From: a virus
Strand: one strand, 5' to 3'
DNA: 64,000 nucleotides
Virus record (IMG/VR): IMGVR_UViG_3300012920_000022
Coordinates: 32,001 to 96,000 of that record
A model generated the notes under the pieces. The model saw only the letters and a list, made by a program, of their open reading frames with translations. It ran no database searches and was not told where the DNA came from. The translations under genes were made by a program, and so were the position numbers. Position 1 is the stretch's first letter. Each line of letters opens with the position of its first letter. This document shows positions 39,342 to 49,488 of this stretch, in pieces.

Positions 39342-39582
39342 TATTAAAATCATATCAAACTATTTTAGCTATTTACATAGTATTGGATTTATATTGGGTG
39401 AATTGATTGATGTGATAGAATACAATAAAGATATATATAATTTAGTAATAAAAGAATATAATGATAATAAAAACCATACTGACACAGTAACTTATAGATT
39501 TACTGTGTATTGGGATAAGGGAATTGTGGAGACAATATCAAAGTATGGCAGATGTATAGAATCATTATATACATATATATGA
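39313..39582 (+). CDS. hypothetical protein
   Basis: 89 aa; its TGA stop lies inside the palindrome of promoter copy 4. Confidence 0.55.
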   Translation: MSIQTPKTDSIKIISNYFSYLHSIGFILGELIDVIEYNKDIYNLVIKEYNDNKNHTDTVTYRFTVYWDKGIVETISKYGRCIESLYTYI

Positions 39583-39633
39583 CAGATTGTCATATAATAT
39601 CCATTGGTACGATTTTTGTAATATTTTATGTAA
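39576..39633 (+). promoter_or_regulatory. composite promoter copy 4
   Basis: TATATGACA-GAT-TGTCATATA then TGGTACGATTTTTGTAATATTTTATGTAA; identical to copy 2 except for an inverted 3-nt spacer. Confidence 0.8.
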
Positions 39634-39642
39634 AAATAGATT

Positions 39643-40500
39643 ATGTCTAATATAGAGAAGTTATTAATTAGTGGTGATGATAGAAATATAAGACTTGCAT
39701 TTATGTTGATAAAATCTACTAATCCCAAATATGACGATAAAATTAGTAGCATGCTGGTGAAATATCCAATATATTGTTTAGAATATGGTGTTGAATTATA
39801 TTATTTTAAATCCATTAATGAACTCACCATAGAAAACTGGTTTTTTGGTGAATTACCAGATTCTTTATTTAATCTAACTAATCTAACTAGTTTGAACATA
39901 TTTAATACTCATATAACCAAAATTCCCGATAATATCGGGAATTTAACCAATTTATGCACATTAAATATAAAATATAACAAGAGATTGACCAAATTACCAG
40001 AATCTATTGGTAATTTGGTCAATCTCACAGATTTATGTTTATCTGATAATGGTATTAATAGTCTACCAGAATCTATTGGTAAACTTGGTAAATTGCACAC
40101 ATTAAATACAACAAATAATCAATTATCCCATGGACTTCCAGAAACAATTGGCAATTTGAAGAATCTTCAAATTCTTCAAATTGCCAATTGTTTCTTAACT
40201 AAATTACCGAAATCTATTATTAAATTGCACAATTTAACAAAATTATATATTAATAATAATTCTATTACTAAATTACCGGAATCAATAGGTGAATTAAAAA
40301 GCTTAACTCATATAATTTTTAATGATAATTATATTACCAAATTACCGAAATCAATGGGTGATCTGGATAATTTGATTTGTTTGGATATTTCTAATAACCA
40401 AATATCAAATAATGTTAGTAAATTAAATGAAATGAAGAATTTGCGTATTTTTAATAACAACTATAATAATAGTGAATTACATGAAATTCACTTTAAATGA
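39643..40500 (+). CDS. LRR protein (family member 5)
   Basis: Cap NIRLAF..KYPIYCLEYGVEL; LPESIG repeats. Confidence 0.95.
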   Translation: MSNIEKLLISGDDRNIRLAFMLIKSTNPKYDDKISSMLVKYPIYCLEYGVELYYFKSINELTIENWFFGELPDSLFNLTNLTSLNIFNTHITKIPDNIGNLTNLCTLNIKYNKRLTKLPESIGNLVNLTDLCLSDNGINSLPESIGKLGKLHTLNTTNNQLSHGLPETIGNLKNLQILQIANCFLTKLPKSIIKLHNLTKLYINNNSITKLPESIGELKSLTHIIFNDNYITKLPKSMGDLDNLICLDISNNQISNNVSKLNEMKNLRIFNNNYNNSELHEIHFK

Positions 40501-41125
40501 AATAAAGAAAATGGACTATAATAATTTAGATGATCATATAGATGGTTTAGTTAACATATTAGATTCTATAGAACCCAATGGATCTGTATACTTATTAACT
40601 GGTTCTAATGGATCTGGGAAATCACTCATAAGATCACAGCTACCACACTATATATCTAGAAAATTAAATGTTGATGCTGGTAGTTGTACTGCTTCAACTA
40701 GCATGGCTTTGAGAACTGGTTCTAACCCAGAAATGGGTGGTCTTAGTGGAATGATGAGGGATACTGGATGGTTGCCCACAAGTATGGAAACTTTTGATAA
40801 TATAATTGGTTTATTGAAAGTTAAAGATAGATTTTTAACTATAGATGAGCCTGAAATAGGCATGGGGGAAGAAACTATTATGTCATTGTGTAGCATGCTC
40901 AATGATAAACTCAAAGAATTATCATCAGAAGAATTTAAGGGTTGTATGATAATAACACATAACAGATATCTAGTCGAAAATTTGGATTATGACTATTTTT
41001 TAAATACTGATGGTTATTCCAGCAAAAACGATTGGTTAAATAGAAAAATCATCCCTATTAACATCGATGAATTGATGGATAATAAACTATCAAAAGCAAT
41101 AAACAACAGGACAAATAAAAAATAG
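40472..41125 (+). CDS. minimal ABC-type ATPase
   Basis: Walker A GSNGSGKS, Walker B FLTIDEPE, H-loop IITHN; no TM partner. Confidence 0.8.
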   Translation: MNYMKFTLNEIKKMDYNNLDDHIDGLVNILDSIEPNGSVYLLTGSNGSGKSLIRSQLPHYISRKLNVDAGSCTASTSMALRTGSNPEMGGLSGMMRDTGWLPTSMETFDNIIGLLKVKDRFLTIDEPEIGMGEETIMSLCSMLNDKLKELSSEEFKGCMIITHNRYLVENLDYDYFLNTDGYSSKNDWLNRKIIPINIDELMDNKLSKAINNRTNKK

Positions 41126-41126
41126 G

Positions 41127-41645
41127 ATGTCAACTATAATATACGATGCTTACAAATATGATGGTAATTTACAATCACTTATGGATGAATTACCCAGAGT
41201 AAGAATTGATTTCCACAAACACATAGAATCTAATCTTAAATCTTTATTTAATGATGAGATAATGGATGCAGATAATGCATATCAATCAGTTAAAAATATG
41301 GCAAAATCTGATATGAGATGGATTCAAGAATATGAAGATACATGTATACAAGTATATGTGTGTGAAGACATAATATACATACAATTATTTGGAATGATAA
41401 AAAGCATACACATACATGATGATTTAATAAAGAAATTATATGATTTTTCCTTTGATGACAGATGTATGGATGATAGTGAAAAAGATTGGTGGAAGAGTAG
41501 AGAAAAAATCTGGGGGAAAATATTTCATAAATCACCGATACCATTATATGCTGGACTATCATATAGTATCGGTGATTCCAATATTATGTTACTTGACACA
41601 ATAAGGAAAATAAGAGGTGAAAAGCCAATATATGGATACGGATAA
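41127..41645 (+). CDS. hypothetical protein
   Basis: 172-aa ORF inside an LRR cassette. Confidence 0.7.
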   Translation: MSTIIYDAYKYDGNLQSLMDELPRVRIDFHKHIESNLKSLFNDEIMDADNAYQSVKNMAKSDMRWIQEYEDTCIQVYVCEDIIYIQLFGMIKSIHIHDDLIKKLYDFSFDDRCMDDSEKDWWKSREKIWGKIFHKSPIPLYAGLSYSIGDSNIMLLDTIRKIRGEKPIYGYG

Positions 41646-42714
41646 TAAAATATTACAATTATTAAGCAGTGATGATGATGCCAATATTAAATTAGCATTT
41701 AGCATTGTTAAACCATTACAGTATGGGGATTCTGTGGCTGTAAAGTTAAGAGAGTTTCCATATTATTGTTTGGAGCATGATCTGGAGATGGATTTTATGG
41801 TTGAATTATGTAAATTAACCATAAAACATGTAAAATTCAATAAATTACCAGAATCTATTGGTAAATTGACTAAATTGACTAAATTGACTATTGAGGATAC
41901 TGGGATATCAAAACTACCAGAATCTATTGGTAAACTAATTAATCTTAAAACGCTGTCTATTATTGGTCATACCATAACCAAACTACCAGATGCCATAGGT
42001 GATTTGACCAATTTAAGATGGTTAAATATTGAGAGAGGTACATTATCAGAACTACCAGATGCCATAGGTAATCTGGAAAATTTGGATATATTATCTATTG
42101 TTAAAAATAATTTGAATTCATTACCAGAATCTATTGGTAAACTCAATATGTTGACTATGTTGACTATTAAGTATACTGGGGTATCAAAACTACCGGAATC
42201 CATAAGCAATCTGGTAAACTTAAAGCAATTAACCATTGTGGATAGTATGTTATTAAGTTTACCAGATTGCATAGCTAAATTAGTAAACCTAGACACATTA
42301 TCTATTCCTGGTAATTTTATTACTAAATTACCAAAATCAATAGGTAATCTAAATAAACTCACCAGGGTTGATATTAGTGGAAATCAGTTAGTGGAACTAC
42401 CAGAATCAATAGGTAATTTGATAAACTTAATTTCATTGTATTTACATGACAATACCATAGCTAGATTACCAGAATCTATTGTAAAATTACGACAATTGTT
42501 GTGTTTAGATTTATCAAATAATAACTTATTTGATTTACCCAAAGAATTTACCAGTATGGTTGGTTTACAAGAATTATCTTTATTTAATAATCAACTTATG
42601 GATCTCCCACCAACCATATCAAATATGGTTGGTTTAACAACTATAAATGTACGTAGTAATAATTTTAATAAAATACCCGTATTTTATCATACTCCCATAA
42701 CTATTTTAACATGA
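41632..42714 (+). CDS. LRR protein (family member 6)
   Basis: Cap NIKLAF..LREFPYYCLEHDLEM; about 13 repeats; likely ATG start at 41632. Confidence 0.95.
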   Translation: MDTDNKILQLLSSDDDANIKLAFSIVKPLQYGDSVAVKLREFPYYCLEHDLEMDFMVELCKLTIKHVKFNKLPESIGKLTKLTKLTIEDTGISKLPESIGKLINLKTLSIIGHTITKLPDAIGDLTNLRWLNIERGTLSELPDAIGNLENLDILSIVKNNLNSLPESIGKLNMLTMLTIKYTGVSKLPESISNLVNLKQLTIVDSMLLSLPDCIAKLVNLDTLSIPGNFITKLPKSIGNLNKLTRVDISGNQLVELPESIGNLINLISLYLHDNTIARLPESIVKLRQLLCLDLSNNNLFDLPKEFTSMVGLQELSLFNNQLMDLPPTISNMVGLTTINVRSNNFNKIPVFYHTPITILT

Positions 42715-43568
42715 TGGATGATAATATATTAATATTATTAGATGGTGATGATATTAATATTAGATTAGCTTTTACCATGGTTAAATCATTGAATTATGAT
42801 GAAGTTGTTTCCGATAGATTAAGAGAATTCCCGTTATATTGTTTGGAATATGGTGTGGAAATGGATTATATGATCAATTTAAAGAGTTTAAAAATTGATC
42901 ATATGGGGATTGATAAATTACCAGATTCTATCGGGGAATTAAAAAATCTTATATCTCTGGATATAAGTCACAACCATCTCATGTACCTACCAAATAGTAT
43001 TGGGGAATTAAAAAATCTTGAACAATTATGGTTAAATAATAATTTTTTAGTTGAATTACCTGAATCGATCAAGAATCTATGTAAACTCAACATGTTGAGT
43101 TTACATGATAATGAATTTAACCATTTTCCCGAATCAATATGCAAATTACAAAATATTCAGTGGATAGATTGTGAAAATAATCTAATATATGAATTACCAG
43201 ATTCTATCGGGGAATTAAAGAATTTGAGAGAACTAAGTTTTAATCATAATTATATTAGCAAGTTGCCAGATTCTATCGGGGAATTAAAGAATCTAAGATC
43301 TTTGGATGTTGGTTTTAATAAAATGATTGAATTGCCTGATACTATAGGAGGATTATGTAAACTATTTAGATTATCTGTTTGTGATAACTATATATCTGAA
43401 TTACCAAAATCCATATCAAAACTAAAACATATTAGTTCCATAGATATAAATGATAATCCTATCGTTCACATTCCAGAATTTATATATGAATTAGAAAGCT
43501 TAAATTATTTACATCATAATGATATAACCATCAATTTAAAAACTTCCGAAACATGGAAAATAAGGTAA
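42711..43568 (+). CDS. LRR protein (family member 7)
   Basis: Cap NIRLAF..LREFPLYCLEYGVEM; LPDSIGELKNL repeats. Confidence 0.95.
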   Translation: MMDDNILILLDGDDINIRLAFTMVKSLNYDEVVSDRLREFPLYCLEYGVEMDYMINLKSLKIDHMGIDKLPDSIGELKNLISLDISHNHLMYLPNSIGELKNLEQLWLNNNFLVELPESIKNLCKLNMLSLHDNEFNHFPESICKLQNIQWIDCENNLIYELPDSIGELKNLRELSFNHNYISKLPDSIGELKNLRSLDVGFNKMIELPDTIGGLCKLFRLSVCDNYISELPKSISKLKHISSIDINDNPIVHIPEFIYELESLNYLHHNDITINLKTSETWKIR

Positions 43569-44644
43569 TTAGTTTAATAAATAGTGATGATATTACTAAT
43601 ATAGATTTAGCATTTACACTAATTAAATCTATATATGCAAATGATAGTTATAGTGAAACAATATTATCTGAAATCAAATCATATCCTACATATTGTTTAA
43701 AATATGGTATAGCATTATCTTATATTAATAGATTGGATATATCCAATCTTGATGAATTTAATCTATTAATCTATCATATATCTGAATTAACATCACTATA
43801 TTATTTAAATATATATGATATAAATTTAAATGAATTACCCTCTGAAATTGGTGATCTAATAGAATTGCGTAGGTTGGATTTGAATAATAACAACCTACGC
43901 ACATTACCTGATTCTATTGGGAATTTACATAATCTATGCTGGTTATCCATAAACTATAATAGATTAGATATTTTCCCAGATTGCATTACTAAGTTATATA
44001 ATTTAAGATCATTGTTTATAACTGGTAATGGATTGTATGAATTACCAGAATCAATAGGCAAACTGAAGAATTTATCCAGTTTACATGCTGGTAACAATTA
44101 TTTTATTTCAGGCTTACCAGAATCAATAGGAGAATTAAAGAAATTACGTAATATTAGCTTTGTGAATAGTAGGCTTAACACATTACCTGATTCCATAGGT
44201 GAATTGGAAAACTTACAGACTGCTAATTTATTCTATAATCTTATCCCTAGAGTACCAGAATCAATAGGAGAATTAAAGAAATTACAAGAACTGAATCTTA
44301 ACAATAATGAAATTAGTGAATTACCAGAATCAATAGGTAAATTGATAAATCTAGAATTATTATATCTTAATTCAAATGAGCTACAAGATATACCATCATG
44401 TGTTATTGAATTAAAAAATTTAAAAGAATTACACATTGATAATAATTATTTGTATGTAATTCCTGAATCAATGGGTGAATTAACTAATTTACAAGAGTTA
44501 AGTTTGGCTAAAAACGAGCTACAGGATCTCCCATCATCAATCAATCAACTAATGAAATTAAGAGAATTGAATATATCTGAAAATTATATTGATGATTTAC
44601 CGTGGTATCTATATGACATGAATGATCTTATAGTTATTAGATGA
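43553..44644 (+). CDS. LRR protein (family member 8)
   Basis: Cap NIDLAF..SYPTYCLKYGI; LPESIG repeats. Confidence 0.95.
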   Translation: MENKVISLINSDDITNIDLAFTLIKSIYANDSYSETILSEIKSYPTYCLKYGIALSYINRLDISNLDEFNLLIYHISELTSLYYLNIYDINLNELPSEIGDLIELRRLDLNNNNLRTLPDSIGNLHNLCWLSINYNRLDIFPDCITKLYNLRSLFITGNGLYELPESIGKLKNLSSLHAGNNYFISGLPESIGELKKLRNISFVNSRLNTLPDSIGELENLQTANLFYNLIPRVPESIGELKKLQELNLNNNEISELPESIGKLINLELLYLNSNELQDIPSCVIELKNLKELHIDNNYLYVIPESMGELTNLQELSLAKNELQDLPSSINQLMKLRELNISENYIDDLPWYLYDMNDLIVIR

Positions 44645-44675
44645 CATATAAGATTAATAAATAACACAAATAACT

Positions 44676-47600
44676 GTGTTATTAATGAATAGACAATTAA
44701 TACGTACATATCCCACTATCACTGGAAACATTAAAATATCAATTTCCAGAGACAATGTTTACTTAACTACCATCAATTCTACTAATAATCTAAACAGAAA
44801 TAATTATAAATACATCAAGAGACCAAATTCTGGTAACTTTATAGATGATTTAAAAAACTTCTACAATACTATACAATCAACTGATATGTATAGTATTGTA
44901 GAAGAAAGCTTATCCGAATCAATAAGAAATGATTTTAATGATCAATATTCTACTATATATGATGCTGGATTACGTAATATATTATCATTAAAAGTACCTG
45001 AAAGACTATCTATATTTGCACCTATATATTTTAATAACACTAACGATTTCCCCAATTCATATCATATATTTAAAGTACCTGAACCTGATATTAAAAGGAA
45101 ACCTACTACTGAGATATTACCAAACAAAAAATATAGATATTTTGGTGATCATCCTATGGAATATGGTAATAATTTAATAGACAATGATAGCTTCTTAGTA
45201 ACAGATGATGTATTATTATCATATTCCATACCATCTAATGGTTATCTTATAGAAGATAAATCTACTTTGGATAATATTACCATAGAAGAAATATTGGATA
45301 AATCAAAACTGGTTCAAAGTTTTGATTTATCCAATATCCCATATATAACTAATACCTTAAATTATCCCGATTATCCCAACAAACCATATTATGTCAATTT
45401 TGATAACCAACAAATTACGATATATGGTATAGATTATATGAACGGATCTATTAATCAAAAATCCATATCCATATCTAAGTTCATAGATAGTGAGTATCAA
45501 ATCTCTGAATTTGATAGATTTATATCCAATCTATATACTAATAATAATTTAATATACCCAAATATATTAAACATAGAATTTTTATTTGATGATCCCGATG
45601 ATGGATTTCATAGATATTATGGTTTTTATGGTAATTTGGATGATAAGGCTACATTTAATTTTGATTCTTTAAAATTTTCTAATGATTATAATTTAAACTT
45701 GTTTAATGAAAATTCATTACCATTAAACAGAAATTCTTTGATTACATCAGATGATAATGTAATTATATCCCCTACCGATGTAATTGATGGTAATTTACCA
45801 ATTGATGTAATTGATGAAAATGTAATATCTTTTATTAGATCCCACAATTCTGTGATTAAAGTAAATAATCGCAAAGATCCATTAACCATGGTTAATGGAG
45901 GCATTAAAATTGGAGATTTGATAAATTATGATGGTATAATAAACATAGAATCATATGCTTTTAATAGTCCATCAAAAGCATATGTAGAAATATCGGTAAC
46001 TGATCAGTTTAAAGTAGGTGATTCTATATCTATACTTAGAAATGGTAAAACATATATGGAAATCATCGCTGATGATTTAAAAGACTATAAGCAATTACCA
46101 TATGATCCCTATAACACAGATTATGTAGAAGGAACTAATGTTGCATATTATTTCTACCCATTTGGTGATATTGAATCTATATCTAATGCCATAATAAACG
46201 CAATAAAATGGTTGTCTGATGATATGTCCGGTGTAATAGATGCAATATATCATGATGGTAAAATTATAATTTATCACAGCACCCATGGTATACAGGGTAA
46301 TCTGTTTTCCATAACTGCTAATACTAGTTCGCTGAATTTCACTAATGAAATTCGATTCAGTGGTGGCACAGATTTTTCCGATAATAATATCACATTAAAA
46401 ACTGATAACTTACCGGATTTATCCAATTTATATGTGTTAACTAATGATGGGTATGAAAAAGTTATAAGTATAAATAAACATTTTGAAATCATCAATAACA
46501 ATTTAGTTTTTTATGATGAGTATCTCAACATAACCATTAATGATTCTAAAACTTCAATTTTGGTAAATAATACCAAAGCAACACTGCTTCTAGTAGAACC
46601 ACTTAAATTCTCATTGCTAAATGTGTCCCCAATATCTGAACTTGATTTTGATTTTGATTCCGATACATATAATCTAAAATATGAGTCAGAATATTTTAGA
46701 TATTTTAAAGTCAGAAAGCTGGAAGTGGGAGTTGAGTATACTATATATAAAAATTCAGATACTGTTATAGATCCTATAATATCCCATAATGGTATTCAAT
46801 ATACTGTTGGTGACAGTTTTACATCAATCACAAATAATTTTGATATATTAGATGGAGATCCTATAATAATTGCTAATTCTCATTTTAATGATGAGGAGGT
46901 TATATCGTTTACAGGGTTTGTAACCCTTAATGATGGTCAATCAACATACAATTATGATAATCCGGAAGAAAAGTATAGATCGTTAATCAAACCAACATCT
47001 AATGAATATAGTAGATTTAAAGATAATCAATTTAATACTACTGAAAATAAAATTCATCCCAATATTTTTAAATTTGCAATTATAGGGGGTGGTGATGTTA
47101 GAGACAATCCCTATAGATTAAATTTGTCATCAGTATTTGGTAATAACTTTACTCCTGGTTTTGATTCCATAAATCAAAACCCAAATTTTTTTACTCATGA
47201 ATGGTTATATTTATCCGGTAAGCCACATGATTTTGATTTGAATAATAATTTTCCTTATTTCAATAGTACCATAGATGAAGACACCATCATAAATGATGGA
47301 TTTGATGACTATTTTGAATCTAATTTCATTACTTATAATGATAATGGTGTAATCAAAAAATATTATATAAATCCCAAATTAAGATATAGTGAGGTTGAAA
47401 AAGATGATAATGGTTATTTTGTATTTTTTAGGGGAGTTAGGATAAAACTAATTGGAAAACCATTTGATGGATATAGATTTTCTTCAATATTAGTATTCAC
47501 AAAATCAACTTATTTAAGTCCTAATAAACCAGTAAATTTAAAATTAATTGAAAATTCTAATCAGAAATTTGTATTATTAATAGTATATGTTAATATTGAA

Positions 47601-49337
47601 GATTATAAAGTATTACCAAATTTAAATGAAAAACATTTATATGAATATTCATATTTATACATGATGAACAGTCTTAAAAGATATGAGTCTAATCAATTCA
47701 AATTTGGAATTTTTTATGATTTTCCACCATTAAGTAATAATGTGTCATTATATGATGGTGGGGTTGGTATTAGCGGATTTAGGGGAGTCCAATTATATGG
47801 TAAAGTAGATCTATCTTTAACTGATTTACAAAATAGAATGACTTTTGAAACTAATAGTTTAATAGAATTATCAATTAAATTAATTGATGGGGAATTAGAC
47901 AGATTAGTTGCTATGAGTGATGATACATTTATTGGTTTTACCAATCAAAATTTTAGAATTAATGATACCTCATATGAAATAAATGCTGACAATACATTAT
48001 TGTCATTTGGTAAAGATTATATAGATTTATTACCAAATGGTATTGGAGTTTACAACATACTTAATCAAGTAGCAGGAAATAATTATAGTCCCATAATCCT
48101 AAATGATACCATATACCCCATATCTAATGCAACTTGGTTTTATAGAAATGGTGGTAAAGATTTTTATGAAGATTATGCATCATTATTATCATTTTCTAGT
48201 ATAGTTGATGGATTAAAAAATGGATTATTTGAAATGATTGGTGATAATATAACCTTAAATTTTATTGAACCATCTGAAATTACCATAAATAAATCACTGG
48301 AGTTAGTGGAAAGTTCTGTGATATCTCCAAAAAATCCCAGTAAATCAATAACCACATATGATGTCATAAACAATGATACTTCATTTAAAATTAAGAGGTA
48401 TAATGGGTTTTACGATTTGCTATTAAAAGATATATTCCTCCCAGCTTACTTAAATATAGATAAGACATGGCTATCATTTAATTTAATTACCTGGGAGGAA
48501 TACGGTAGATCTTGGGAATCAGAAATAGAATCAATACCTGTTCAAAATTGGGATATTTCTGATGCTTGGGAAGAAATCGATGAATCATTTGATTCATTTG
48601 AATTTGATATAGATGATGTAAATAAAAGCAAAACTCTATATGATGAAAATTATAATTTTGGATATGATGTATCCAAAATTAATCAATCATTTGGGAAATA
48701 TTGTAATAAAGTCTCACTATCATCAATAGGATATGAGGGAACCGGATATTTAGAAATAGATGATATCCATCTATTCAAGAAAGAGACATCTTTAAATGAT
48801 AATACTTGGTCATTTGGTTATCTTAATAATTGGATAACACTTAGTGATAATTCGTTAATATATGGCACATATTCTACCATAGAATTGCCGATATTGTTAA
48901 TGAGCAAAAACCTTAATGTCAATGAATCATTTTCCATGAATCCTAGTGATTTTATTAATATCAGTGGTAATAAAATCATCATCGACTATGGGAATTTATT
49001 TATAAATCATATATATGATTTATATCACCAATTATTCGATGGATATATATTTGATTGGGAAACCATGAATGGCAAGGAACAATTTATTAGAGATTATATA
49101 AATGAAAACATATATGATAGGTATATGATTAAAGATATATCAGTATATACGTCTGCAAATTATGAAAATAACTCCATTAACATAATACAAGGTAATATCA
49201 TATCTTTTATTAATAATGATATGATAAATAACAAAAATATTGATACCATATTAAATAATAGGGAAATAACAATAACTGTACCAATATCCAATATTGGTAT
49301 AAATGTGGGCATATCTATAAACTCAATTCATATATGA
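44676..49337 (+). CDS. very large virion structural protein (baseplate/tail)
   Basis: 1553 aa; ATAAATAA at 44657; spaced-Trp repeat near the C-terminus. Confidence 0.6.
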   Translation: MLLMNRQLIRTYPTITGNIKISISRDNVYLTTINSTNNLNRNNYKYIKRPNSGNFIDDLKNFYNTIQSTDMYSIVEESLSESIRNDFNDQYSTIYDAGLRNILSLKVPERLSIFAPIYFNNTNDFPNSYHIFKVPEPDIKRKPTTEILPNKKYRYFGDHPMEYGNNLIDNDSFLVTDDVLLSYSIPSNGYLIEDKSTLDNITIEEILDKSKLVQSFDLSNIPYITNTLNYPDYPNKPYYVNFDNQQITIYGIDYMNGSINQKSISISKFIDSEYQISEFDRFISNLYTNNNLIYPNILNIEFLFDDPDDGFHRYYGFYGNLDDKATFNFDSLKFSNDYNLNLFNENSLPLNRNSLITSDDNVIISPTDVIDGNLPIDVIDENVISFIRSHNSVIKVNNRKDPLTMVNGGIKIGDLINYDGIINIESYAFNSPSKAYVEISVTDQFKVGDSISILRNGKTYMEIIADDLKDYKQLPYDPYNTDYVEGTNVAYYFYPFGDIESISNAIINAIKWLSDDMSGVIDAIYHDGKIIIYHSTHGIQGNLFSITANTSSLNFTNEIRFSGGTDFSDNNITLKTDNLPDLSNLYVLTNDGYEKVISINKHFEIINNNLVFYDEYLNITINDSKTSILVNNTKATLLLVEPLKFSLLNVSPISELDFDFDSDTYNLKYESEYFRYFKVRKLEVGVEYTIYKNSDTVIDPIISHNGIQYTVGDSFTSITNNFDILDGDPIIIANSHFNDEEVISFTGFVTLNDGQSTYNYDNPEEKYRSLIKPTSNEYSRFKDNQFNTTENKIHPNIFKFAIIGGGDVRDNPYRLNLSSVFGNNFTPGFDSINQNPNFFTHEWLYLSGKPHDFDLNNNFPYFNSTIDEDTIINDGFDDYFESNFITYNDNGVIKKYYINPKLRYSEVEKDDNGYFVFFRGVRIKLIGKPFDGYRFSSILVFTKSTYLSPNKPVNLKLIENSNQKFVLLIVYVNIEDYKVLPNLNEKHLYEYSYLYMMNSLKRYESNQFKFGIFYDFPPLSNNVSLYDGGVGISGFRGVQLYGKVDLSLTDLQNRMTFETNSLIELSIKLIDGELDRLVAMSDDTFIGFTNQNFRINDTSYEINADNTLLSFGKDYIDLLPNGIGVYNILNQVAGNNYSPIILNDTIYPISNATWFYRNGGKDFYEDYASLLSFSSIVDGLKNGLFEMIGDNITLNFIEPSEITINKSLELVESSVISPKNPSKSITTYDVINNDTSFKIKRYNGFYDLLLKDIFLPAYLNIDKTWLSFNLITWEEYGRSWESEIESIPVQNWDISDAWEEIDESFDSFEFDIDDVNKSKTLYDENYNFGYDVSKINQSFGKYCNKVSLSSIGYEGTGYLEIDDIHLFKKETSLNDNTWSFGYLNNWITLSDNSLIYGTYSTIELPILLMSKNLNVNESFSMNPSDFINISGNKIIIDYGNLFINHIYDLYHQLFDGYIFDWETMNGKEQFIRDYINENIYDRYMIKDISVYTSANYENNSINIIQGNIISFINNDMINNKNIDTILNNREITITVPISNIGINVGISINSIHI

Positions 49338-49488
49338 TTTTAAAGGAATCTATATAAGATATTGATATATAATATTGCAATAAAAATATCCAGTTTACTT
49401 AATTGGAAAAGATTTTTAATGGGTATGTTGAATAATGGAATAAAATTAATATTTTTCCATAAATGATAATATGTACTATATATAGATT

